A stretch of DNA of 38,486 bases from Thermovirgaceae bacterium (GTDB lineage Bacteria; Synergistota; Synergistia; Synergistales; Thermovirgaceae). Shown piece by piece: positions 27,947 through 38,243 of this stretch. Numbering within the stretch: the first letter of the stretch is position 1; every line of letters starts with the position of its first letter. The stretch lies in contig JBKHBH010000009.1 in NCBI GenBank assembly GCA_046542505.1, positions 1-38,486 on the forward strand. The letters run 5' to 3'. The notes under the pieces are model-generated. The model worked only from the letters and a program-made list of their open reading frames with translations, ran no database searches and was not told where the DNA came from. Made by a program: the position numbers and the translations under genes.

Positions 27947-28603
27947 TTACGAACAGGTTCTCGACCGTTTTATGATCCCGAATGCCCGTATCCAGAGAAA
28001 GGCGACGAGCATGACAGCAAGGTACATTCCCCACTGTGTATCCGTGAACAGAAGCAGATTATACGCTCCATGAGCTGCCACAGGAAGTGCCAAAATAGGG
28101 AAAACGCGCTTGGGGCTTCCTTCGGTCTGTTTTTGCCTGGCGGCCTCGTAGCCCATGAAGAGGCCGCATAATCCGTGCAGGGGGACGGACAGAAGCGCCC
28201 TCCATCCGGCCACAGCCCAAGGGTTCAGTGAGCCGAGTACATACATGAGATTTTCAAGGGTGGCGAATCCGAGGGCCACCCCCGTGCCGTAGACGATCCC
28301 GTCATAGCATTCATCACACGCCGGATGAAGAATGTATCTTTTCAGGGCGATCCACTTGAGACCTTCCTCGATCAAGGCTATCCCGATGAAAGGATAAAGA
28401 AACGGTGACAATGCGACCAGAAACCACCCCGTCAGGCTTTCCAGAAGTGCCGCGGGAAAAACGAACAAGGCGCCCCTGAAAAAGGACGAGAAAACAAGAT
28501 TGAGCGGTTCGGGATCGAATACGTCCTTGTGATAAAACCACATCAAAAGGAGCAGGCCCGGAGCCGTAGCCATGGCGACGACCCATCCGAGGGAAACGTC
28601 CAC
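27947..28603 (-). CDS. prsW: PrsW family intramembrane glutamic protease
   Basis: D.F.PEP, IEEGLK, GIVYG...ALGFATLENL.Y, R....VPLH, AHGAYN; start set at GTG 28603 (uncertain). Confidence 0.88.
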   Translation of the reverse strand: MDVSLGWVVAMATAPGLLLLMWFYHKDVFDPEPLNLVFSSFFRGALFVFPAALLESLTGWFLVALSPFLYPFIGIALIEEGLKWIALKRYILHPACDECYDGIVYGTGVALGFATLENLMYVLGSLNPWAVAGWRALLSVPLHGLCGLFMGYEAARQKQTEGSPKRVFPILALPVAAHGAYNLLLFTDTQWGMYLAVMLVAFLWIRAFGIIKRSRTCS

Positions 28604-28684
28604 AACATTCACTTCCTTCAAATCGAAAGGGAATCCCTTGCTTCGATTCCAATTCAACGGATATTGTAGTATACTGTGCCGTTG

Positions 28685-28714
28685 TTGCAGCTTTTTTCAC
28701 ACCCATGGTAGAAT
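28685..28714 (+). promoter_or_regulatory. Sigma70-type promoter for rpsT
   Basis: TTGCAG-18 bp-TAGAAT with an extended -10 TG. Confidence 0.6.
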
Positions 28715-28743
28715 GAGGCCTGCTGTGGAAGGGGGTGACATAT

Positions 28744-29037
28744 GTGGCGAACTCGAAATCTGCTGCGAAAAGAATGCGTGTTGCCGAAAGAAACAGGGTC
28801 TACAACAAATTCTGGACGACCCGTTGCAAGACCACGTCAAAAAAGGTTCTCGAAGCAGTAGCCGCAAAAGACTCGGACCTGGCCGTCAAAAAACTGAACG
28901 AGGCGCAGGCCGCTTTTGACAAGGCCGTCGTGAAGGGCGTCATCCACAAGAACAAGGCCGCCCGAAAAAAATCGCGTTTGACAAAAGCCGTAAAGAACCT
29001 TTTTCCCCAGGATACTTCGAAAAGCACCGAGAACTAG
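28744..29037 (+). CDS. rpsT: 30S ribosomal protein S20
   Basis: (M)ANSKSAAKR...N...DKAVVKGVIHKNKAARKKSRL; GTG start at 28744 after SD GGGGGTG. Confidence 0.97.
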   Translation: MANSKSAAKRMRVAERNRVYNKFWTTRCKTTSKKVLEAVAAKDSDLAVKKLNEAQAAFDKAVVKGVIHKNKAARKKSRLTKAVKNLFPQDTSKSTEN

Positions 29038-30020
29038 GCCATCCGTTTCCCGGAAAAGTCTTCCCTTCCGGCGGGCCGGTTCGTGCCGGTCCGCCGTTTT
29101 GCATCCTCGCGCAAGAGTCTGAGCACGGCGAGTTCTATGTCGTTCCATGTATCAACGTTCGTCGTCTTCGCCAGGCAACTCGCCCTGATCATGTCCTGGA
29201 CAAACCGGGACAACCCCTCCGGAGAATATCTTGAAGCCGCATTCTGTGCCTGTTTCATCTGGTAGGGCTTCGCCCCGAGGGCCTTCGTCATGTCTTCCTT
29301 CCGGCCATATCTGGCCGAATACATTGAAAAACGCATCCTTTTGTGCAGAGCGCTGATTATCCTTAAAGGTTCCTCACGTTCACGCATACCGGCCAAAGAG
29401 GAAAGCACGTCACCTGTCCGCCCCTGGCAGACTCCGTCCAAAAGCCGAAGAAGCTGTTTGCCTCCTTCATCCAGGCAGAGTGTCCTTACCAGTTTTTCCG
29501 TGACTCCTTCATCCCCGGCGGCCTTTTCGAGCTTCTTCATTTCGCTTCTGAGCTCCTCGGGGTCATCTATCCACTCAGCCAGAAGCTGCATGGCGTCCCG
29601 GGACCAAAAGATTCCTGCCTCGGACGAAAGTTTGCTCATCCAGGAAACCCGGGCACCTGTCCAAAGAGGAATCTTTTCGGCCCTGCGTACCTCTAGTTTT
29701 CTGAAAAGGCCCTTGGGGAAAAACCTGGAAGGGTCCTCATTATACAGGAGTATACAGACCGTCTCGGAGTCTTCCTCCGTTTCTACAAGCGAAACAAGGG
29801 GCTCCTGCAGATTTCCCATTGTCTCGGCGGATTCCACCACAACAAGTCTTTTCGCTTCGAAAAGGCCCCTGCTCCTGCTGTCCGCGAGAAGATCCACCCA
29901 TAAGGACCCTTCAAGCCTGCTGTCGTAGGCGAAACCCTTTTCCTTGTACTCGGCAATGCTTTCTTCCAAGAGCCTTCGCTGGGAAGGCCCCTTTGCGTCA
30001 ATCACCAGAAGTCTTGCCAT
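29034..30020 (-). CDS. holA: DNA polymerase III delta subunit (divergent)
   Basis: SRGLF..KRLVVV and L.SEMKKL motifs, about 330 aa, located between leuS and a convergent rpsT. Confidence 0.75.
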   Translation of the reverse strand: MARLLVIDAKGPSQRRLLEESIAEYKEKGFAYDSRLEGSLWVDLLADSRSRGLFEAKRLVVVESAETMGNLQEPLVSLVETEEDSETVCILLYNEDPSRFFPKGLFRKLEVRRAEKIPLWTGARVSWMSKLSSEAGIFWSRDAMQLLAEWIDDPEELRSEMKKLEKAAGDEGVTEKLVRTLCLDEGGKQLLRLLDGVCQGRTGDVLSSLAGMREREEPLRIISALHKRMRFSMYSARYGRKEDMTKALGAKPYQMKQAQNAASRYSPEGLSRFVQDMIRASCLAKTTNVDTWNDIELAVLRLLREDAKRRTGTNRPAGREDFSGKRMA

Positions 30021-30025
30021 GAGTC

Positions 30026-32509
30026 TCAGTCTCTCGCCACCACATTGACAAGCTTGCCGGGCACGGTGATCACTTTTGCCACGTTCTTCCCCTCAAGCCG
30101 TTTTTTTGTTGAAGGATCATTCAAGATGCGCTCCCGCATTTCATCAGGCGAAAGATTCGCAGGCATCCTGAACTCGTGTCGAACCTTCCCATTTACCTGA
30201 AGCACCACCGTCATTTCATCCTCAACCAGCGCCTTGTCGTCTGCCTTCGGCCATGTCCTTGAGGAAAGAAACCCTCCGTTGCCAAGCATTTCCCACAGCT
30301 CTTCGCAAATATGGGGGGCTATGGGCGTCAGGCACAGCAGCAGGGTCTCAACGCCTTCGCGAAAAACGCTCCAGTCAACCTCGCTCTCGGGTCTGAAGGC
30401 CGAAAGGGCGTTGGAAAGTTCCATCAATCGCGCCACGGCGGTATTGAACTGGCGTTCTTCCTCGATATCACGGGTTACCCGCTGTATCGTCGAGTGAATC
30501 ATCCGTTTCATGTCCCGTGTCTTTGGCTTGTCGAGTTCTTCCATTGGCCAGGCCTTTACGGGAGCTCTCTTCAGGCCATCGAGACGTTCTTCCACAAGTC
30601 TCCAAACCCTGTGGAGGAATCGATGGGCCCCTTCGACGCCCTGGTCAGACCAGTCCAGATCCTTCTCGGGAGGCGAGGCAAAAAGGATGAAAAGACGCGC
30701 AGTATCAGCGCCGTAGGTGTTGATGATTTCGTCGGGGTCAACAACGTTCCCCCTGGACTTTGACATTTTTGCCCCGTCTTTTATGACCATTCCCTGTGTC
30801 AGCAGATCTGTGAAGGGTTCTCTTGCCTCAATAAGTCCGAGGTCCGCAAGAAATTTTGTAAAAAACCGTGCGTATATCAGGTGAAGACACGCATGCTCGA
30901 TACCGCCTATGTACTGGTCTACAGGCATCCAGTATGCAGCGTCCTCTTTTCTGAAAGGCGCTTTTTGTGTCCAGGGTGACGTGAATCTCAGGAAATACCA
31001 GGACGAACAGATAAAGGTGTCCATTGTGTCCGTTTCCCTTCTTGCCAGTCCTCCGCAAACCGGGCACGTGGTGGACACCCATTCTTCTGCTTCATCGAGA
31101 GGATTTCCTCCCTGTTTCATCCTGATATCCAGGGGAAGCTCCACGGGCAAGTTTTCCTCCGGGACGGGTACGACACCGCAGGAATCGCAGTACACCACAG
31201 GTATCGGTGCACCCCAGTATCGTTGTCTGGAAATAAGCCAGTCTCTGAGACGGTAATTGACTTCCCTTTTTCCCCAACCGCTGTCCTCGAACCACCGGGC
31301 CATTCGGTGAATGGCTTCCCTCGTGGGGATACCGTCAAATTCGCCCGAATTGCACTGGATTCCGTCTTCCTCGAAAGCTTCGACCATGGTTTCACCTTCG
31401 AGCACCGTCCCGTCTGACGGTCTGATGACCACCCGCACGGGGATCCCGTATGCCCTTGCGAATTCAAAGTCCCTCTGGTCGTGGGCCGGAACACCCATTA
31501 TCGCTCCCGTCCCGTATTCCATGAGGATATAGTTTGCGATCCAGATCGGAACCCGTTCACCTGTTGACGGGTTGACGGCCGTAAGGCCTGTGTCCACTCC
31601 CCGCTTGGCGTTTCCGGCAGCGGTCCGTTCCGTTTCGTTCACCGAAGCGCACTCCGCCGCGAAGTCGCGGATTTCATCTTCGTTTTCCGCCATGGAGGCA
31701 ATTGTTCCCACCAATGGGTGCTCGGGCGCCAGTGCGAGGAAGGTGACACCATAGATCGTATCGATTCTGGTGGTGAAGGTCTCAATGGAGACATCGCTTT
31801 TTTCCACTTGGAAGGAAAGCCTCACGCCTTCGGAGCGACCAATCCAGTTGCGCTGCATAAGCTTGACCCGTTCCGGCCAACCGGGCAGGTCTTCAAGTGA
31901 GTCGAGGAGTTCCTGGGCGTAATCGGTAATCCGCAGAAACCATTGTTCGAGGTTCTTTTTGACGACGCTGGTGCCGCACCTCCAGCAATGCCCTTCGTTA
32001 ATGACCTGTTCGTTGGCAAGAACAGTCTGGCAACTTTCGCACCAGTTGACGGGCGCCTTTTTCCTGTAGGCGAGGCCGTTATGAAAAAACTGCAGAAACA
32101 GCCATTGTGTCCAACGGTAATAATCGGGATTACAGCTTTCAACGCGCCTCCGCCAGTCGTAACTGCATCCCATCCGCTTGAGCTGGTTCGTCATGTGCTC
32201 GATATTTTCCCAGGTCCACTTGTTCGGATGGACTCCGTATTTTATTGCGGCGTTTTCAGCGGGCATGCCGAAAGCGTCATATCCCATGGGATGCAGGACG
32301 TTCAGCCCTTTCATCCGCAGGAATCGAGCCAGCATGTCGCCGATGGAATAATTTCTCAAGTGTCCCATGTGAAGCGCCCCACTGGGATAGGGAAACATCT
32401 CCAGGCAATAAAACTTTTCCCTGGCGGGATCGGTTTTCACATTGAACACTCCGTGATCTTCCCAGTATTGCTGCCATTTTTTCTCGACGGCATCGAATGA
32501 GTAAGCCAT
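30026..32509 (-). CDS. leuS: Leucine--tRNA ligase
   Basis: MFPYPSGALHMGH, WLISRQRYWGAPIP, YIGGIEHA, KMSKS, LQVNGKVR; start ATG 32509 with SD GGAGGAG. Confidence 0.99.
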   Translation of the reverse strand: MAYSFDAVEKKWQQYWEDHGVFNVKTDPAREKFYCLEMFPYPSGALHMGHLRNYSIGDMLARFLRMKGLNVLHPMGYDAFGMPAENAAIKYGVHPNKWTWENIEHMTNQLKRMGCSYDWRRRVESCNPDYYRWTQWLFLQFFHNGLAYRKKAPVNWCESCQTVLANEQVINEGHCWRCGTSVVKKNLEQWFLRITDYAQELLDSLEDLPGWPERVKLMQRNWIGRSEGVRLSFQVEKSDVSIETFTTRIDTIYGVTFLALAPEHPLVGTIASMAENEDEIRDFAAECASVNETERTAAGNAKRGVDTGLTAVNPSTGERVPIWIANYILMEYGTGAIMGVPAHDQRDFEFARAYGIPVRVVIRPSDGTVLEGETMVEAFEEDGIQCNSGEFDGIPTREAIHRMARWFEDSGWGKREVNYRLRDWLISRQRYWGAPIPVVYCDSCGVVPVPEENLPVELPLDIRMKQGGNPLDEAEEWVSTTCPVCGGLARRETDTMDTFICSSWYFLRFTSPWTQKAPFRKEDAAYWMPVDQYIGGIEHACLHLIYARFFTKFLADLGLIEAREPFTDLLTQGMVIKDGAKMSKSRGNVVDPDEIINTYGADTARLFILFASPPEKDLDWSDQGVEGAHRFLHRVWRLVEERLDGLKRAPVKAWPMEELDKPKTRDMKRMIHSTIQRVTRDIEEERQFNTAVARLMELSNALSAFRPESEVDWSVFREGVETLLLCLTPIAPHICEELWEMLGNGGFLSSRTWPKADDKALVEDEMTVVLQVNGKVRHEFRMPANLSPDEMRERILNDPSTKKRLEGKNVAKVITVPGKLVNVVARD

Positions 32510-32563
32510 TACGTCTCCTCCCTGTCCGGCACATGAGGCGTTCCGTGCCCTGAATCGGGACTT

Positions 32564-32592
32564 ATTATAGCCGCCTGCCGGCATTGAGGCAA
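32564..32592 (-). promoter_or_regulatory. Sigma70-type promoter for leuS
   Basis: TTGCCT-17 bp-TATAAT; the -35 begins in the T-tract of the upstream terminator. Confidence 0.7.
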
Positions 32593-32624
32593 AAAAACGG
32601 GGCGGAGGGGCAACCCACCGCCCC
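32591..32624 (-). terminator. Intrinsic terminator of radA-nfeD-SPFH
   Basis: GGGGCGG-A-GGG-GCAA-CCC-A-CCGCCCC stem with a 7-T tail on the minus strand. Confidence 0.8.
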
Positions 32625-32640
32625 ATTGTATCGAATCGTC

Positions 32641-33426
32641 CTAGTTTCCTTTCCCGAGTTTCTCCGTAAAGGCCTTCAACATGTCGATGGGGATCGGGAA
32701 AAGCGTTGTGGAGTTGTTTTCCGCCGCTACTTCGTTGAGTGTCTGCAGGTACCGCAGTTGAATGGTGACCGGCGAGGCTTCCATCATCTTCGCCGCTTCC
32801 GTCAGTTTCTCGGCCGCCTGGAGTTCACCCTCGGCTGCGATGATCTTGGCCCGTCGATCCCGTTCCGCTTCGGCCTGTCGCGCCATGGCGCGCTTCATCG
32901 TCTCGGGCAGCTCGAGCTCCTTGACCTCAACGGCACTCACCTTGATGCCCCAGGGATCCGTCCGTTCATCGATGATCTGCTGCAATTCCATGTTGATCTT
33001 GTCCCTTGCCGAAAGGACGTCATCAAGGTCGGCCCTGCCGACGACGGATCTCAGGGTCGTCTGGGAGAGCTGACTCGTGGCCATGATATAATTCTCCACC
33101 TCGATGATCGATTTCGCCGGATCCAGGACTCTGAAATAGACCACTGCGTTCACTTTCACTGGCACATTGTCGCGGGTAATGACCTCCTGATAGGGAACGT
33201 CCAGGGTCACCACCCGAAGGTCCACCCTGTACAGCTTGTCCACAAAGGGCACGATGATGACGAGTCCAGGCCCCTTGACGCCGACGAAACGGCCCAGCCG
33301 GAATACCACACCACGCTGGTATTCCGGAACGATGCGCAACGCAGCAGCAAGAATGACGACCAATATCAGCAGTCCGCCGATATAGCCCCCCATACTGAAA
33401 AGTCCGCTCAACAATTCTCCGATCAT
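32641..33426 (-). CDS. SPFH/stomatin (slipin) family membrane protein
   Basis: [60 protein letters not shown]. Confidence 0.95.
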   Translation of the reverse strand: MIGELLSGLFSMGGYIGGLLILVVILAAALRIVPEYQRGVVFRLGRFVGVKGPGLVIIVPFVDKLYRVDLRVVTLDVPYQEVITRDNVPVKVNAVVYFRVLDPAKSIIEVENYIMATSQLSQTTLRSVVGRADLDDVLSARDKINMELQQIIDERTDPWGIKVSAVEVKELELPETMKRAMARQAEAERDRRAKIIAAEGELQAAEKLTEAAKMMEASPVTIQLRYLQTLNEVAAENNSTTLFPIPIDMLKAFTEKLGKGN

Positions 33427-34778
33427 GCTTTTTCCCCCTCTCTGGTTTTTGCCTGGTTCTCAGCGGGGACAACATGCAGCGTCAGTCCCTCGCTCCGTAT
33501 AACCCGGACCCTTTGGCCCCGGGGGATCGTCTCCTTCGACTGGCTCACGGCATGCCATATCTCGCCGTGACAATTGACTGAACCTGCCGGAGACAAATCC
33601 GATATGACAACACCTTCAAGACCGGTCATGCCCTCGCTTCCCGAAACGGCTGCCCTGCCGAAGGATTTCCAGACAGCGAAAGCCGCAAGCAGGAAAAAGG
33701 CGGTGATGACAACGACGGCACCGATGAGAAAACTGTACGACATGTGAAGCAGCTCACCTCCCGGGGCCCTGTAAATGATCAGCCCTCCGAACACGAGCGC
33801 CGCCGCCCCGAAGAGGCTGAGGACACCGACGCCGCCGACGAAAAGATCGAGAATCATGACGGCAATCCCCGCTACGAGCAGTACGACTCCTGCCAGGTTC
33901 ACCGGCAACATCCGCAATCCGTAGGAACCCAGAAGGACAAGCACCGCACCCGAGACCCCCATGACAAACCCTCCTGGAGACAACACTTCGAAAATGATGG
34001 CGTAGATGCCCACTATGAGAAGCAGGTAGGCGATGTCAGGGCGGGAGATGAAATGGAGGATCTTGAGGCGGGGGCTCATCTCGTACCGCCGCACCTCGTA
34101 GGAGTCGAGAGACATCCGTATTTCATCCCCAGAGGCAAGTTGTATCGTCCTGCCGGAAACCGCCTTGACAAGTGTTTCCAGATCCGCCGCCACAATATCG
34201 ATGACACCTGCTTCAAGCGCCTCGTTCGCCGTGTAGGAAACGCTGTCGGTGACCATCCTTTCACAAGCTTTGGTGTCCCTTCCCCGTTGTTCCGCAAGAG
34301 AGCGTATCTGTGCGGCGAAATCGCTGGTCACTTTCTTGGCCATCTCTTCGTCCGGGATGTCCCCCCCGCCGGCGGTCACGGGATGGGCCGCACCGATGTT
34401 TGTTCCCGGTACCATTGCCGCCACATGACTGGAAAGGACAATGAACGCCCCCGCTGATGCGGCTCTCGCCCCGGAAGGCCAGACCCAGACCACAACGGGA
34501 ACCGGGGACTCAAGTATGGCCTGGTACATTGCACGCATGGACGTCGCCAGACCGCCGGGCGTGTCAATATCAAGAACGATCAGGTCGGTCCCGGTCTTTT
34601 CAGCTTCCTCGAAGATCTCCGTGAGGTGATCCTCCATGGCAATTCCTATGATGCCTTCCAGAGACGCCCGCAGAACGACCGAACCCGAGGTATCCGACGC
34701 GGCGCAGGCAGCGGGTCCGGAGGAAAGCGTAAAAACAAGTGCCAGCAAAAAGGGTACAATCAAAAGCTTCCTCTTCAT
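33423..34778 (-). CDS. nfeD: Long-form NfeD membrane-bound serine protease (ClpP-like domain)
   Basis: Signal peptide, [24 protein letters not shown], transmembrane bundle and C-terminal OB fold (GEIW.A); next to the stomatin gene. Confidence 0.92.
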   Translation of the reverse strand: MKRKLLIVPFLLALVFTLSSGPAACAASDTSGSVVLRASLEGIIGIAMEDHLTEIFEEAEKTGTDLIVLDIDTPGGLATSMRAMYQAILESPVPVVVWVWPSGARAASAGAFIVLSSHVAAMVPGTNIGAAHPVTAGGGDIPDEEMAKKVTSDFAAQIRSLAEQRGRDTKACERMVTDSVSYTANEALEAGVIDIVAADLETLVKAVSGRTIQLASGDEIRMSLDSYEVRRYEMSPRLKILHFISRPDIAYLLLIVGIYAIIFEVLSPGGFVMGVSGAVLVLLGSYGLRMLPVNLAGVVLLVAGIAVMILDLFVGGVGVLSLFGAAALVFGGLIIYRAPGGELLHMSYSFLIGAVVVITAFFLLAAFAVWKSFGRAAVSGSEGMTGLEGVVISDLSPAGSVNCHGEIWHAVSQSKETIPRGQRVRVIRSEGLTLHVVPAENQAKTREGEKA

Positions 34779-36124
34779 ATCCCCACCACCTTCAACGCCT
34801 CTCCGAGTGTGGATACCCGATGGGCCTGGACTCCGTCATCAAGGACCTCGTCCTCTTTCCGGCTCAAAAGGACGTGCCGGAAACCCAGGCGCTTCGCTTC
34901 CCGAATGCGAAGGGCGGTTCTCGGAACCGGCCGAACCTCTCCAGCAAGCCCAACCTCCCCGATGCAGCAAAAATCCTCGGGGAGGGCCTTGTCCTTTACG
35001 GCGGAAGCCACCGAGAGACACAGTGCAAGATCGGCATAGGGTCCCCTGATGGAAAGACCCCCGGCAACGTTGGCATAAACATCCAGAGACGCAGTGACAA
35101 GCCCGCATCTGCGTTCAAGAACGGCCAGCATCAACTGGAGTCTGCCGTTTTCGAAACCCCGGGCGGTTCGTTTGGGGTACGGATAGGGCGTCGAAGAGGC
35201 GAGAGCCTGAATTTCCGCCACAAATGGCCGTGAGCCTTCAAGGGTCACAGCCATGGCCACACCGGGAAGGGCCCGATCGAGGGCTGACCAATAGAGCCGG
35301 CTGGGATCCGACACAGGGGAAAGCCCCTTCTCTTTCATTTCAAATAGGCCGACTTCATCGGTTGCTCCAAACCTGTTTTTCGTCGCCCGGAGCATCCGGT
35401 AGGCCGACGGGCCTTCTCCGGAAAAAAGGAGAACAGTATCGACCATATGCTCAAGGAGTTTTGGGCCGGCGATGAGGCCCTCCTTGTTGATATGCCCGAC
35501 GAGAACAACAGGGACATTGCGCGTTTTCGCAAACTCTGCGGCCCTGAGGGCAACGGCCCGAACCTGCGACGGCGTTCCCGGGTACCCCGGCAGATCCCTG
35601 GCGCTCAAAGCCTGGACGCTGTCAAACACTACAAGGTCGGGATCTTCAATCTGCCTGGAAAGGATGTCGTCCACCTCGGTCCCTGCAGCTATCTTGAGAC
35701 CGTCGGTAACAGCACCGAGTCTTTTCGCCCGCAGCGCAACCTGTGACAGGGACTCTTCCCCGGAAACATAGAGGGCTTCCTTTCCCCGTTCCGCCAAAAA
35801 CCCGCAAGCCTGAAGGAGCAGTGTGGACTTTCCGATCCCCGGTTCGCCTGCGACAAGCACGACAGCTCCTTGGACCCACCCGCCGCCGAGGACCCTGTCG
35901 AGTTCGTCCGGTCCCGAAGGAAGCCTTGCAGGCGCCCTGACGTCGGCAACAGCTACAGGTGTGGAAACGGAATCACGCGCCCCCGGAGCTCCTCCGCTTT
36001 CAATATCATTCCCGACGGCTTCAAGACTTCCCCAGCTTTCACAGGAAGGACACTTTCCGGACCATGCCGTGGCAACAAATCCGCATTCAACGCATTGGTA
36101 CATAACCCTTTTTTTTTCGGCCAT
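34775..36124 (-). CDS. radA: DNA repair protein RadA/Sms
   Basis: Zinc finger CVECG...CPSC, GEPGIGKSTLLLQ, YVSGEES, GPKLLEHMVD, KNRFG, GEVGLAGEVR. Confidence 0.98.
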   Translation of the reverse strand: MAEKKRVMYQCVECGFVATAWSGKCPSCESWGSLEAVGNDIESGGAPGARDSVSTPVAVADVRAPARLPSGPDELDRVLGGGWVQGAVVLVAGEPGIGKSTLLLQACGFLAERGKEALYVSGEESLSQVALRAKRLGAVTDGLKIAAGTEVDDILSRQIEDPDLVVFDSVQALSARDLPGYPGTPSQVRAVALRAAEFAKTRNVPVVLVGHINKEGLIAGPKLLEHMVDTVLLFSGEGPSAYRMLRATKNRFGATDEVGLFEMKEKGLSPVSDPSRLYWSALDRALPGVAMAVTLEGSRPFVAEIQALASSTPYPYPKRTARGFENGRLQLMLAVLERRCGLVTASLDVYANVAGGLSIRGPYADLALCLSVASAVKDKALPEDFCCIGEVGLAGEVRPVPRTALRIREAKRLGFRHVLLSRKEDEVLDDGVQAHRVSTLGEALKVVGI

Positions 36125-36188
36125 CCTTCGCCCATCCTTGTGTTTTCTGCTAATGGCTCCTGTTTACCAGATTGCATTGTTCAAGCAC

Positions 36189-36218
36189 ATTGTAACAGTC
36201 CCATGCTCGCCGTGTCGA
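36189..36218 (-). promoter_or_regulatory. Candidate promoter for radA
   Basis: TCGACA-18 bp-TACAAT with an extended -10 TG. Confidence 0.45.
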
Positions 36219-36272
36219 GTATGTACTGCACCTTTATATATGATACAGTCTACGTCATTACGGGGGGGTTGC

Positions 36273-37646
36273 ATGACCGTTTTCCTCTTGACCGCAACAG
36301 CCGTGGTGGCTTTTTTCGTCATACTGGGCTCCCGTTCGCGAAAAGCCGTGTCCGGGGGGCAGGACTATTCCCTTGCCGGCAGAAAGGCCTCAGCGGCTTC
36401 CGTCTCGGGCGTGCTTCTGGGGGCCCTTGTCGGCGGTGCTTCAACGGTGGGAACCGTCCAGATGGCGTACGAATACGGACTCGCAGCATGGTGGTTCACC
36501 CTGGGAGGCGGTATCGGGTGCCTTGTGCTCGGCGTGTGGTTTGCCCTTCCTCTGCGCTCTTCGGGAGTGGAAACCATTCCGGGGTACCTGAAGCAAACCT
36601 ATAACAGGCCTACCGGTTCCACCGCCATGTGGGCCTCGACAATCGGCACGTTCATTTCGGTGGTCGCCCAGTTTCTGGCCGGCATGGCCCTTTTGGCGGG
36701 AATACTCCCCGGACCGGCCTGGCTGTCGGCGCTTTTGATCTGTCTTTTCGTTCTGGCCTTCCTTTTCGGCGGCGGCCTGAAAGGTTACAGCTCACTCGGA
36801 GTAGCCAAGCTTCTCATCCTCTACGGAATTCTTATTCTGTGCGCCGCTACAACCCTGCATCAAGGGCATACGCCTTCAGCTCTCGCGGCAGACCTCCCCC
36901 GGCTGCCCTTTTTCAGCCTTTTCGGCAATGGTCTGGGGAAAAGTCTGAGCGCGGGAATTTCACTGGTCATCGGGGTCTTGTGCACCCAGATCTACATTCA
37001 GGCCGTCCTTTCCGCATCTTCACCTGAAACGGCCCGCAAAGGCGCCCTCATCTCCGCGGCTCTCATGCCCCCCCTCGGACTCCTGGGCGTCTGGGTTGGG
37101 CTCGGTCTCCGTCATTCCGGAATCGAGATCGAATCTTCAGGAGCCTTGACCTACTTTATCGGCACCTATTTTCATCCTGCCATTGGCGGAATTCTCTGGG
37201 GGGGCATACTCATAACCGTCATCGGCACCGCAGCGGGACTGTCCCTCGGGATAGCGACAAACCTCGTCTATGACTGCTATGTTCCTTTCAAAAAGGGCGA
37301 TTGCGGGGAAAGGCTCCTCCTTTCCGCCAACCGCGGAGCTGTAGCCCTTGTGATCCTTCTGGCCGCTCTGGTCGGACTGATGGGAAAGGAATCCCTGATT
37401 CTCGAATGGAGTTATCTCAGCATGGGGCTAAGGGGAGCGGGAACATTCTTTCCGCTGGTCGCCGGTATCGCGGCACCAGCGAAGCTTCCGCCCCGCTGGG
37501 CTTTCGCCGCAAGTCTCGGCGGCCTCTCGGTTACCATACTCTGGCCCCTGACCGAGATTCTCCTGGAACCCCTTTTCGCCGGGCTCGGGGCATCCGGGGC
37601 CCTGACGGCGACGGGCCTTTTTTTAAAAAAATGGCGGCGTCATTGA
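36273..37646 (+). CDS. Sodium:solute symporter (SSS) family protein, substrate unknown
   Basis: DYSLAGR, VGGASTVG....AY..GL.AWW, TIP.YL...Y, Q...SA.S...AR and many transmembrane segments. Start set at ATG 36273 after a G-run SD; the ORF-track extension overlapping radA is not credible. Confidence 0.88.
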   Translation: MTVFLLTATAVVAFFVILGSRSRKAVSGGQDYSLAGRKASAASVSGVLLGALVGGASTVGTVQMAYEYGLAAWWFTLGGGIGCLVLGVWFALPLRSSGVETIPGYLKQTYNRPTGSTAMWASTIGTFISVVAQFLAGMALLAGILPGPAWLSALLICLFVLAFLFGGGLKGYSSLGVAKLLILYGILILCAATTLHQGHTPSALAADLPRLPFFSLFGNGLGKSLSAGISLVIGVLCTQIYIQAVLSASSPETARKGALISAALMPPLGLLGVWVGLGLRHSGIEIESSGALTYFIGTYFHPAIGGILWGGILITVIGTAAGLSLGIATNLVYDCYVPFKKGDCGERLLLSANRGAVALVILLAALVGLMGKESLILEWSYLSMGLRGAGTFFPLVAGIAAPAKLPPRWAFAASLGGLSVTILWPLTEILLEPLFAGLGASGALTATGLFLKKWRRH

Positions 37647-37653
37647 CGCCGCC
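37625..37653 (-). terminator. Terminator hairpin overlapping the symporter stop codon
   Basis: Perfect inverted repeat GGCGGCGTCA-T-TGACGCCGCC (37633-37653), followed on the minus strand by ATTTTTTT; placed to terminate the convergent minus-strand gene. Confidence 0.65.
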
Positions 37654-37696
37654 CGGGTAAAGCGTTTCAATCACTATCTCCGCCTGTATTCTTTCG

Positions 37697-38194
37697 CTAC
37701 CTTTTGTATCCGATGATGTCCCTGAGGAGTCGCTTCCTGTCCTCCACGTCTTTTTCGGCTTCAACTCCCACGGGAACGAATCCGTCCACGACACCGGCAA
37801 CACCCCGTCCCTGAGATGTCTCCGCAACAACGATCTGAAGCGGGTTCGCCGTGGCCGCAAAAACGCGGCATACTTCCTGAACGGCCTTGACCCTTCCCAG
37901 GACATTGATCGGGTAACCGTTCCTGAGAAGGATGACGAAAACATGTCCCGCTGCGATTCTTTCCGCCGTCTTCACCGCAGCCTCGACAAGATCCCCGGCG
38001 TTTCCATCTTTCCGTATCAGACAGACACCTGAGGCCTCGCAGAAGGCTATACCGAATTCAATCGACGTCGATGCCGTGACCAGAGCTTCGTAGAGGTCTT
38101 CCACGGTCTTGATGAAGTGGCTTTGGCCCACGATGATATTGCAATCCTCCGGAATTATGGCTTCAACAACATCCCATTTTTCAACAGTTCCCAT
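37697..38194 (-). CDS. Adenosine-specific kinase family protein (DUF355)
   Basis: [61 protein letters not shown]; start ATG 38194 with SD GGAGGTG. Confidence 0.85.
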   Translation of the reverse strand: MGTVEKWDVVEAIIPEDCNIIVGQSHFIKTVEDLYEALVTASTSIEFGIAFCEASGVCLIRKDGNAGDLVEAAVKTAERIAAGHVFVILLRNGYPINVLGRVKAVQEVCRVFAATANPLQIVVAETSQGRGVAGVVDGFVPVGVEAEKDVEDRKRLLRDIIGYKR

Positions 38195-38243
38195 CTCATC
38201 CACCTCCAGAAAGTTTCGACGAGTTCTAAAAAGCAGCTTGTTC

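Noticed and set aside
36170..36200. LexA/SOS box upstream of radA
   Set aside because: Only a GAAC half-site and a short CATTGT direct repeat are present, with no GAAC-N4-GTTC or CTGT-N8-ACAG palindrome.
35823..36272. 150-aa N-terminal extension of the SSS symporter
   Set aside because: It overlaps radA in antisense; family similarity and the SD begin at ATG 36273.
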